A stretch of 64,000 nt of DNA from the NCBI RefSeq assembly GCF_009914755.1, contig NC_060929.1. One strand, 5' to 3'. Below the pieces are notes generated by a model. It was not told where the DNA came from, did no database searches, and was given only the letters and a program-made list of their open reading frames with translations. Below are positions 10,627 through 22,270 of the stretch, in pieces. Positions within the stretch are counted from its first letter, which is position 1. Each line of letters begins with the position of its first letter. Made by a program: the position numbers and the translations under genes. This DNA is from the human T2T-CHM13v2.0 reference genome, Homo sapiens.

Positions 10627-13501
10627 TGATAGGCATGCAATCTGTAATAATCACATCAGTGAGAGTGGGATATCTTTAGTGTTATGAACAATCCAGTTAC
10701 ACTGTTTCAGCTGTTTTAAATGTACAATTATTATTTGACTATAGTCACCTTGTTGTCCTATCAAATAGTATGTCCTATTCATTCATTCTATTTTTTTTGT
10801 ACCCAGTAACTGTCCCCACGGCCCCCCTACCCCCATTACTCATCTCACCCTCTGGTAACCATCCTTCTACTCTCTACATCCATGAATTTAAGTGTTTTGA
10901 TTTTTACATCCCAGAAATAAGTGAGAATATGCAATGTTTGTCTTTCTATGCCTGCTTATTTCACTTAACATAATGATCATAATTTATCAATGTTGTTGCA
11001 AATGACAGGACCTCATTCTTTTATGGCTGAATAGTACTCTATTGTGTACATGTAGCACACTTTCTTTATCCATTCATCTGTTGATGGACACTTAGGTTGC
11101 TTCCAAATTTTATTAATAGCTCTTGTGAATGGTGCTGCAAAACAAAAAACAAAAAACAAAAAAAACAAAACATGGGAGGGCAGATATCTTTTCAATATAC
11201 TAGTTTGCTTTTTTGGGGGGTATGTAACCAGCAGTGAAATTTCTGGATCACATGGTAGCTCTATTTTTAGATTTTGAGAAATCTCCAAACTATTCTTCAT
11301 GGTTGTTGTACTAACATACATTTCCACCAACAGTGTACAAGGGTTTCCTTTTGTCCACATCCTCTCCAGCATTTGTTATTGTCTGTCTTTTGGATATATG
11401 CCATTTTAGTTGGGGTGAGACGATATCTCATTGTAGTTTGGATTAGCATTTCTCTGATGATCAATGATGTTAAGCAGTTTTTCATATGTCTGCCATTTAT
11501 ATGTCTTCTTTTGAGAAATGTCTATTCAAATTTTTCATCATTTTTGATTAGATTATTATATTTTTTTCCTATACAGTTGTTTGAGCTACTTATATCTTCT
11601 GCTTATTAGTCCTTTGTCAGATGGGTTGTTTGCAAATGTTTTCTCCCATTCTGTGGTTTGTCTCTTCACTTCATTGATTTTATCCATTGCTTGGTAGAAA
11701 CTTTTAAACTTGATGTGACCGTATTTGTCCATTTTTGGTTTGGTTGCCTGTGCTTGTGGGGTATTGCTCAAGAAATATTTGCCCAGACCAATGACCTGGA
11801 GATCTTCTCCAATGTTTTCTTGTAATAGTTTCATAGTTTGCGTTCTTAGATTTAAGTCTTTAGTCCATTTTGATTTGATTTTTGTATATGGCAAAAGGTA
11901 GGGGTCTAGTTTCCTTCTTCTGCATGTGGATATCCAGTTTTCCCAGCACAATTTATTGAAGAGACTGTCTTTTCCCCAGCTTGTGTTCTTGGCAGCTTTT
12001 TGAAAAATGAGTTCACTGTAATTGTGTGCATTTGTGTCTGCATTCTCTCTTATGTTCCATTAGTGTATGTGTCTGTTTTTATGCCAGTACAATGCTGTTT
12101 TGGTTACTATAGCTCTGTAGTATAATTTGAAGTCAGGTAATATGATTACTCCAGTTTTGTTATTTTTTCTTAGGATATCTTTTGCCATTCTGGGTCCTTT
12201 TCAGTTTCATATAAATTTTAGGATTGTTTTTCTATTTTTGTGAAGAATGTCATTGTTATTTTGATAGGAATTGTATTGAATCTGTAGCTTGCTTTGTATA
12301 GTATGGACATTTTAACAATAATGATTCTTCAACTTCATGAGCATGAAATATTTTTCTATTTTTTGGTGTCCTCTTCTATGTTTTTCATCAGTGTTTTCAC
12401 ATGTTCGTTAGGGACATCTTTCACCTTCATTAATTCCTAGATATTTAATTTTAAGTGTGGCTATTGTAAATGGCATTACTTTTTTCTTTCTTTTTGGATT
12501 GCCTGCTGTTGGCCTATAGAAATGCTCTTTATTTTTGTATGTTTATGTTGTATCCTGCAAATTTACTGAATTTAACAGTTCTGATAGTTTTTTTGACAAA
12601 GTCTTTAGTTTTTTTCAAACAATTATAAGATTTTATAATCTGTAAACAAGGACAATTTGACTTCTTCCTTTCCAATTTGGATGCCCTCTATTTCTTTCTC
12701 TTGTCTGCTCTAGGCAGGACTTACAGTACTATGTTGAATAACAGTGGTGAAAGTGGGCATCCTTGTTTTGTCCCCGGATCTTAGGGATAAGGCTTTCAGT
12801 TTTTCCCCATTCAGTATGATACTAGCTGCAGGTCTGTTGTATATGGCTTTTATTATGTTGAGACATGTTTTATCTATACCCCATTTTTAGGATTTTTTTT
12901 ATCATGAATTGATATCAAATTTTATCAAATGCTTTTCCTGTATCAATTGAAATGATTATATGATTTTTATCTTTCATTCTGTTGTTAAGATGCATCGTGT
13001 TCATGGATTTGCATATGTTGAACCATCCTTGCATCCCAGGGATAAATCCCACTTGATCATAATGAATGACATTTTAAATGTATTGTTGAATTTGGTCTGC
13101 TAGTATTTTGCTGTGGATTTTTGCATCAGTACTCATCTGAGATATTGGCCTGTAGTTTTCTTGCTTTGATGTGTCTTTGGTTTTGGTATCAAGATAATAC
13201 TGGCCTTATCAAATGAGTTTGGAAGTATTCCCTTCTCTATTTGTTAGAATAGTTTGTGTAGGATTGTATTAGTTCTTTTTATATGTTTGGTATAATTCAG
13301 CAGTAAACCTTAGGTTACTGGCCTTTTCTTTTCTGGGAAAGTTTTTATTATGGTGTCAATCTTATTACTTGTTATTGGCTTGTTGAGGTTTTGGATTTCT
13401 TCATGGTTCAATTTTGGTAAGTTGTCCAGGATTTTCTAATTTATTGACATATCATTGCTCATGGAAACCACTAAAGATCTTTTGGATTTTTGCAGTATCA
13501 G

Positions 13502-13827
13502 GTTTTTTTTTTGTTTTTTTTTTTTTTGTTCTTTTTTTTTTTTTTGAGACTAAGTCCAGCTCTGTCACCTAGGCTGGAGTGCAGTGGCATGATCTTGGCT
13601 CACTGCAACCTCCGCCTCCTAGATTCAAGCAATTCTCCTGCCTTGGCCTCCTGTGTAGCTGTGTAGCTGGGATTACAGGCATGCACAACCACGCATGGCT
13701 AATTTTTGTATTTTTAGTAGAAGTGGGGTTTTGCCATGTGGCCAGGCTGGTCTCGAACTCCTGACCTCAAGTGATCCTCTTACCTTGGCCTCCCATAGTG
13801 CTGGGATTACAGGCATGAGCCATTGCC
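13502..13827 (-). mobile_element. AluS
   Basis: Dimeric Alu with poly-T. TSD TGCAGTATCAG at 13491-13501 and 13828-13838. Confidence 0.95.
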
Positions 13828-14969
13828 TGCAGTATCAGTTTTAATGTCTCCTTTTTCATTGCTGATTTTTAAAATCTGGATCTTCTCCCTTTTTTTCTTA
13901 GTCTGGCTAAAGCTTTGTCTATTTTCTTTAACTTTTCAAAAAACCACCTGTTCATTTCATTGATCTTTTGTATTATTTCCTTATTTCAAATTCATTTATT
14001 TCTGCTCTGATCTTTATTATTTCTTCTACTAATTTTGGGTTTGGTTTGCTCTTGCTTTTCTAGTTCTTTAAGATGCATTGTTCAGTTGTTTACTTAAAGT
14101 TTTTCTTCTGTTCTGATGTAGGCATTTATGGCTATAAATTTTCCTCTGAGTTCTGCTTTTGCTGTATCCCATAGGTTTTGTTATGCTGTGTTTCCATTAT
14201 TATTTGTTTCAAGAAATTTTAAAATTTTCTTTTTAATTTCTTCATTGACCCACTGGTCATTCAGGAGCATATTGGTTAATATTCATTTATTTGTATAATG
14301 TCAAAAATTCCCATTATTTTAATTTCTAGTTTAATTCCATTGTAGTCAGAGAAGATGCTTCACATTATTTCAATTTTTTTGAATGTTTCAAGACTTATTT
14401 TTTGACCTAACATATAGAATGTCCTTGAGAATGATCCACGTGCTGAGGAGAAAAATGTGTTTTCTGTGGGCATTGGATGAACTGTTCCATAAATATCTAT
14501 TAGATCAATTTGGTCTGTAGTATAGATTAAGTTCAATTTTTTTTTTGTATATATTCTGTCTGGACAATCTGTTCAGTTCTGAAAGTAGGGTGCTGAAGTG
14601 TCCAGCTATTATTGTATTGGGGCCTAGCTCTCTCTTTAGCTCTAATAATATTTTCCTTATATATTAGGGTGCTTCAGTGTTTAGTGCATATATATTTAAA
14701 ATTGTTATATTCTCTTACAGAATTGAGCACTTCATAATTATATAGTGACCTTCTTGGTCTCTTCTTATAGTTTTTGTTTTGAATTCTATTTTGCCTCATG
14801 TTAAGTATAGCTACTCTGCCCTTTTTTCATTTCCATTTGCATGGAATATCTTTTTCCACTCTTTTATTTTCAGTATATGTCTGTCTTTATAGTTGAAGTG
14901 AATTTCTTTTAGGCAACAGATCAATGGGTCTTTTTTTAAAAAATCCATTCAGCCAGCTCTATGTCTTTT

Positions 14970-17900
14970 AAAAAACACTTTTATTTAAATTCAGGGGTAG
15001 ACATGCAGGTTTGTTACATAGGTAAATATGTGTCATGGAGATTTGTTGTACACATTATTTTATCACTCAGGTATTAAGCCTAGTACCCAATAGTTATTTT
15101 TCCTGATCCTCTCCCTCCCATCATGCTCCACCCTCTGATAATCCCCAGTGTGTGTTGTTTTCCTCTATGTGTTCCTGTGTTCTCATTATTTACTTCCCAC
15201 TTATAAATGAGAACATGTGGTATTTGGTTTTCTGTTTCTGTGTTAGTTTGCTAAGGATAATGGCTTCCAGCTCCATTTATGTTCCTACAAAGAACATGAT
15301 CTCATTCTTTTTTATGGCTGCATAGTATTCCATTGTGTATATGTATTCCAAATATATGTATATATGTATATGTGTATATATGTAATCCAACTGTGCATAT
15401 GTACCACATTTTCTTTATCCAGTGATGGGCATTTAAGTTGATTCCATGGCTTTGCTATTGTGAATTGTGCTGCAATGAACATATAGATGCATGTGTCTTT
15501 ATAATAGAATGATTTATATTCCTTTGGGTATATACTAAGTAATGGGATTGCTGGGTCAAATGGTATTTCTGTCTTTAGGTCTTTGAGGAATCACTATGCT
15601 ATCCTCCACAATGATTTAACTAATTTACACTTTTACCAACAGAGTATAAGTGTTCCTTTTTCTCCACAGCCTCACCAGCATCGGTTATTTTTTGACTTTT
15701 TTAAAACAGCTATTCTTACTGGTGTAGATGGTATCTCATTGTGGTTTTGATTTGCATTTCTCTAATGATCAGTGACGCTGAGCTTTTTTTTTTTTCATAT
15801 GCTTCTTAGCTGCATGCAGGTCTTCTTTTGAGAAGTGTCTGTCCATGTCCTCTGCCTGTTTTTTATTGGTTTATTTCTCTTGTCAATTTGTTGAAGTTTT
15901 TTATAGATGCTAGATGTTAGACCTTTGTCAGATGCATAGTTGACAAAAATTTTCTCCTGTATGTTGTCTGTTTACTCTGTTGATAGTTTCTTTTGCTGTT
16001 TAGAAGTGGTTAAGCTTAATTAGATCCCACTTATCATTTTTTTGCTTTTGTTGCAAATGCTTTTGGTGTTTTCATCATAAAATCTTTGCTTATTCCTATG
16101 TCCATGATGGTATGGCCTATGTTGTCTTGCAGGGTTCTTATAGTTTTGGGCTTTACATTTAACTCTTTAATTTATCTTGAGTTAATTTTTGTATATGTTG
16201 TAAGGAAGGGGTCTAGTTTCAATCTTCTGCATATGGCTAGCCAGTTATTCCAGCACCATTTATTGAATAGGGAGCCTTTTGCCCATTGTTTGTTTTTGTC
16301 AGGTTTGTTGAAGATCAGGTATCTGTAGGATGTGCTGTCTTACTTCTGGGTTTTCTATTTTCTTCCATTGGTCTATGTGTCTCTTCTTGTACCAGTACTA
16401 TGCTGTTTTTGTTACTGTAGCCCTGTAGTATGGTTTGAAGTTGGGTAGTGTGATGCCCGTGGCTTTGTTCTTTTTGCTTAAGATTGCCTTGGCTATTCAG
16501 ACTCTTTTTGTGGTTCCATATAAATTTTAAAATAGTTTTTTTTTTCTCATTCTGTGAAGAATATCAATGACAGCTTAATGGGAATAGCATTGAATCTATA
16601 AATTGCTTTGGACAGTATGGCCATTTTCACAATATTGATTCTTCCTATCTATGAGCATGAAATGATTTTTCATTTGTATGTGTCCTCTCTGATTTCTTTG
16701 AGCAGTGGTTTGTAATTCATGTAGAGAGCTTTCATCTCCCTAGTTAGCTGTACTCCTAGATATTTTATTATTTTTGTGGCAATTATGAATGGGAGTTCAT
16801 TCAGGATTTGACTCTTGGCTTCACTGCTGTTGATGCATAGGAATGCTAGCAATTTTTGCCCATCGATTCTGTATTCTGAGACTTTCTGAAATTGCTTATC
16901 AGCTTAAGAAGGCTTTAGGCTGAGAAAATGGGATTTTCTAGATATAGGGTTATGTCATCTGAAACAGGGATAGTTTGACTTCCTGTCTTACTATTTGATG
17001 CCCTTTATTCCTTTCTCTTGCCTGATTGTTCTGGCCAGAACTTCCAATATTATGTTGAAAAGGAGTGTTGAGAGAGGGCATTCTTGTCTTGTGTTGATTT
17101 TCAAGGTGAATGCTTCCAGCTTTTGCCCAGTCAGTATAATGGAGGCTGTGGGTTTGTCATAGATGGCTCTTATCACTTTGAGGTATGTTTCTTCCTTCAA
17201 TATCACTTTATTGAGAGTTTTTAACCTGAAGTGATGTTGAATTTTATTGAAGGCCTATTCTGCATCTATTGAGATAATCATGCGTCTTTTTTCTTTAGTT
17301 CTGCTTATGTGATGAATCACATTTATTGATTTGTGTAGGTTGAATCAACCTTGCATCCTGGGGATGAAGCCTACTTGATTATGTGGATATGCTTTTGATG
17401 TGTTGCTGGATTCTGTTTGCCAGTAGTTTTTGAGGATTTTTGCATCAATGTTCCTCAAGAATATTTGCCTAAAGTTTTCTGTTTTTGTTGTATCTCTGCC
17501 AGGTTTTGGTACCAGGTTGATGCTGGCCTCATAGAGTGAGCTAGAGAGGAGTCCCTCCTTTTCAATTCTTGGGAACAGTCTCAGCAGAAATGGTACCAGC
17601 TCTTTTTTGTACATCTGGTAAAATCCAGTTGTAAATCCATCTTGTTCTGAGCTTTTTTTTTTTTTTTTTTTTTTGTTGTTGTTGTTTTTGGTAAGCGATT
17701 TACCACTGCTTCAATTTCACAACTCATTATTGGTCCATTCAAGGATTTAATTTCTTCCTGATTCAGCCTTTGGAGGGTGAATGTGTCCAGGAATTTATTC
17801 ATGTTTTCTAGATTTTCTAGTTTATTTGCATAGTGGTGTTTATAATATTCTCTAATGTTTATTTGTATTTTTGTGTGGTCAATAGTAATATCTGTCTTAT

Positions 17901-20900
17901 AATTTCTGATTTTTTGTATTTGAACATTCTTTCTTCTGTATTAGTCTAGTTAGCAGTCTATCTATTTTATTAGTTTTTATTTTTTCCAAATAAAACAGCC
18001 CCTGGACTTGCTCATTTTTTGAATTTTTTTTTTTGTGTGTGTGTGTGTGTGTCTCTATCTCCTTCAGTTCAGCCTGATTTTGGTCATTTCTTGTCTTCTG
18101 TTAGTTTTTGAATTTGTTTTCTCTTGGCTCTCTAGTTCTTTTAGTTGTGATGTTAGGTTATTAACTTGAAATCTTTCTAACTTTTTGATGTGGGCACTTA
18201 GTGCTAAAAATTTTCCTCTTAACACTGCTTTAGCTGTGTCACAGAAATTCTTGTATGTTGCATTTTTGTTCTCACTGGTTCCAAAGAACTTCTTAATTTT
18301 TGTCGTAATTTTATTATTTATGCAAAAGCCACTCAGGAGCAGGTTATTCAATTTCCATGCAATTGTATGGTTTTGAGTGAATTTCTTAGTCTTGAGTTCT
18401 AATTTGATCATACTGTGGTCCGAGGAACTGTTATGATTTCAATTCTTTTGCATTTGCTGAGGAGGGTTTTACTTCTGATTATGTGATTGATTTTAGAGCA
18501 GTACCATGTGCTGATGAGAAGAATGTATGTTCTGTTGTTTTGGGGTAGAGAATTCGTAGATATCTATCATGTACATTTGACCCAGAACTGAATTCAGGTT
18601 CTAAATATCTTTGTTACTTTTCTGTCTTGATAATCTGTCTAATATTGTCATTGGAGTGTTAAAGTCTCCCACTATTATTGTATGGGAGTCTAAGTCTCTT
18701 TGAAGTTGTCTAACAAATTGCTTTATGAATCTGGGTGCTCATGGTTAGGTCTTCTTGTTGAATTGAACCCTTTGCCATTATGTAATGAATGCCCTTCTTT
18801 GTCTTTTTTGATCTTTGTGGCTTAACATCTGTTTTGTCAGAAACTAGGACTGCAACCCCTGCATTTTTCTGTTTTCAATTTTCTTGGTAGATTTTCCTCC
18901 ATCACTTTATTTTGAGCCTATGTGTGTCACTGCATGTGAGATGAGTCTCTTGTAGACAGCATAACAATGGGTCTTGATTCTTTAACTAGCTTGCCACTCC
19001 ATGTCTTTTAATTGGGGCATTTAGCCTATTTACATTTAAGGTTAGTATTGATATGTGTAGATTTGATCGTGTCATGTTAGCTTGCTATTTTGCAGACTTG
19101 TTTACGTGGTTGCTTTATAGTGTCAGTGGTCTGTGTACTTCAGCATGTTTTTGTAGTGGCTGGTAATGATCTTTCCTTTCCATATTTAGTTCTTCCTTTA
19201 GGAACTCTTGTAAGGCAGGTCTGGTGCTAACGATTTCCCTCAGCATTTGCTTGTCTGAAAAAGCTCTCATTTCTTTTTTGTTTATGAAGCTTGGTTTGGC
19301 CAGATATGAAATTCTGGATTGGAATTTCTTTTCTTTAAGAATTTTGAATATTAGCCCCCAGTCTCTTCTGGCTTGTAGGGTTTCCACTGAGAGGACTGCT
19401 GGCAGTCCAATGGGCTTCCCTTTGTAGGTGTCCTGGCCTCTCACTCTAACTGCCCTTAACATTTTTTTTTTCTCATTTTGACACTGGAAATTCTGAGGAT
19501 GATGTGTCTTGGAAATGATCTTCTTGTGGAGTAATGTAACTGGGGTTCTGGGCATTTCCTGAATTTGAAGGTTGGCCTGCCTAGCTAAGTTGGGGAATTT
19601 CTCATGGACGATATCCTGAAATATATTTTCCAACTTTCCATTCTCCCTATCTCTTTCAGGTACACTAATCAGTCATGGATTCAGTCTCTTTACATAATCC
19701 CATATTTCTCAGAGGTTTTGACCATTTCTTTTCATTTCATTTTTCTCTATTCTTGTCTGTCTGTCTTCTTCAGAAAGACAGTCTTCAAGCTCTAAGATTC
19801 TTTTCTCCACTTGGTCTATTCTGCTATTAATACTTGTGATTGCATTATGAAATTCTTTTATTTTTTTTTTAGCTCTGTCAGCTCAGTTACATTCTTCTCT
19901 ATACTGTATTTTGTTTGTCAGCTCATATAATGTTTTATCATGATTTTTAGCTTCATTGCATTGGGTTACAAGGTGCTTCTTAAGGTCAGTGAAGTTTGTT
20001 TTTATCCATTTTCTGAGTTCGACTTCTGTCATTTCAGCCATCTCAGCCTCAGCCCAGTTTTGAATCCTTGCTAGTGAGGTGATACAGTAATTGGAGGAAA
20101 GAGGGCACTCTGGCTTTTTGAATTTTGAGTGTTCTTGCGCTGATTCTTTCTCATCTTTTTGGGCTTATCTACCTTCAATCTTTGAGGCTGCTGACCTTTG
20201 GATTTTTGTTTTCTATTTCTTTTAATGGTCTGGCTACTTTTCCATAGGGCTGCTGTGGTCTGCTGGGGGTCTGCTCCAATCTCTAGTTGCCTTGGATTTT
20301 TTCAGCACCCAGAGGTATCATCAGTGAAGCCTGCAAAACAGCAAAGAAGGCAGCCTGCTCCTTCCTCTGGGACCTCCAGCCCAGAGAGGTATGGGGGTGT
20401 TGCTGGCTGAAAGCACCTGTAGAAGTGGCTGGAGACCCCTGTTAGGAAGTCATATCTAGTCAGGAGGAACAGGATTGAGGACCTATTCAAAGAAGCAGTC
20501 TGGCCACATTTTGTTAGAGCAGCTGTGCTGTGCTGGGGTATCTCCTTTGACCCTGGTTGGTTTGGACTCTGCAAAGCCCACAGACTGAAATGGCTCAGTC
20601 ACACAAACAGCAAAGGTGTCAGCCACCCCTCTTCCTGAGAACTCCATCCCTGGGAGAATTCAAATGTCTGTCAGATAGAGAACACCAGCAGGGGTGGCTG
20701 GAGGACCTGTTTGGGAGGTTCTGCCCAGTTAGGAGACACATAATTGGTAAAGCTATCTAAAGAAGCAGTCTGGCCATGCCTTTCATAGAGCAGCTCTGCT
20801 GTGCTGGGGGACCACTTCTGCCCCAGTCAGCTTGAGATTTCCAAAGCCCACAGGCTCGAATGTCTAAGTCACCCAGCCAGCAAAGATAGTGGCTTGCCCC

Positions 20901-21400
20901 TCCCTTTGGGAACTTCCTCTCAGGGTGTATTCAAATCTCTATCGGCCTGAGAACACTGGTGAGGGTGGCTTGAGGCCCTAGTTGGAAAGTCCCACCCAGC
21001 GAGGAGGTACAGATTGGAGACCCACGTGAAGAAGCTGTCTGGCCATGTTTTGGTAGAGTAGCTGTGCTGTGCTGGGGGATTCCTTCTGCCCTTGGCCAGT
21101 TTGGACTCTCAAAAGCCCTAAGACTGGAAGAGCTGAGTCTCCCAAACAGAAAAGATGGCAGCCCATTCCTCCCCACAGGAACTCTGTCCCAGGTAGGTGC
21201 AATGCTATTTCTGGTGGCTGGCTGGAATTCCAGGCCAGTGGGTCTTATCCTGTGTAGTGCTGTGGAAGTAGGGCCCAGAGACAGTCACTGCTCAGCTCCC
21301 TGGATTCAGTCCCCTTCAAAGGGGTATGTACAGAGGTCCAACCTCCTGCCTTGCTGGAGTTGCTGTCACTTTCACTGGGAAGCCTGGAGTCAGTGTATGT
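14970..21400 (-). mobile_element. Near full-length L1PA10-13-like LINE-1, truncated within its 5' UTR
   Basis: 3' UTR GGGGTAGACATGCAGGTTTGTTACATAGG. ORF2 RT fragments (AIYDKPTA, 16991-17206) and ORF1 (19115-19633). ~270-bp tandem 5' UTR repeats GAAGCAGTCTGGCCA at about 20492, 20762, 21031. Confidence 0.88.
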
Positions 21401-22152
21401 AAAATAAAAACTCTACACCTTTACTTCGCCCTCCATCCCCCCAACTTTTAAACTTTGTGTTGATTTTATCAGCATCTTATTATACTTTCTGTGTCCTGAA
21501 AAGTTGCTGTAGTTATTATTTTTGATTGATTCTTCTTTTAGTCTTTGTATCTAAGAGTAGTTTACACATCACAGTTGCAGTGTTACACTGTGCTGCATTT
21601 TTCTGTGTACTTACTATTACCAGCGAGTTTTTTACATTCAGGTGATTACTTATTACTAATTAACATTCTTATTTTTCTCTGATTGAATTATTCCTTTTAC
21701 CATTTCTTGTGGGACAGATCTGGTGTTGATGAAATCCCTCAGCTTTTGTTTGTCTACTTCATGTTTGAAGGATATTTTCACCAGATATTTATTCTAGGGT
21801 AAAGTTTTCCCCCCGCCCCCCTTAGCACTTTAAATATGTCTTGCCACTCTCTCCTGGCTTTCCATTGAAAAGTCTGGTGCCAGACGTATTGGAGCTCCAT
21901 TGTATGTTATTTCTTTTCTCTTGCTGCTTTTAGAATCCTTTCTTTGATCTTTGGGAGTTTGATTATTAAATGCCTTGAGGTCATCTTTTTGGATTAAGTC
22001 TGCTTGTGTTCATATAACCTTCTTGTATTCAAATACCGCCATCTTTCAGTAGGATTGGGAAGTTTTCTGTTTTTATTCCTTTGAATAAACTGTCTACTTC
22101 TTTTTCTCTACTTCTTCTTTAAGGTCAGATCTCAAATTTGCCCTTTTGAGGC

Positions 22153-22270
22153 TTTTTTTTTTTTTTTTTTTTTTTGAGACGGAGTCTCGCTCTTTCACCC
22201 AGGCTGGAGTCCAGTGGCATGATCTCGGCTCACTGCAAGCTCTGCCTCCCAGGTTCACGCCATTCTCCTG
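22153..22270 (-). mobile_element. 5'-truncated AluY (right-arm portion)
   Basis: AluY-diagnostic ACTGCAAGCTC..GGTTCACGCCATTCTCCTG, poly-T, and TTGAGGCT on both sides. Confidence 0.9.

Noticed and set aside
20440-21200. ~270-bp tandem units (and ~330-bp units at 4167-4900) as a novel repeat array
   Set aside because: Intrinsic 5' UTR repeats of these L1 families; the ~330-bp units recur in the sister element around 23300-24100.
14970-21400. Retrotransposition-competent L1
   Set aside because: ORF1 and ORF2 are broken into many short frames and the 5' end is missing.
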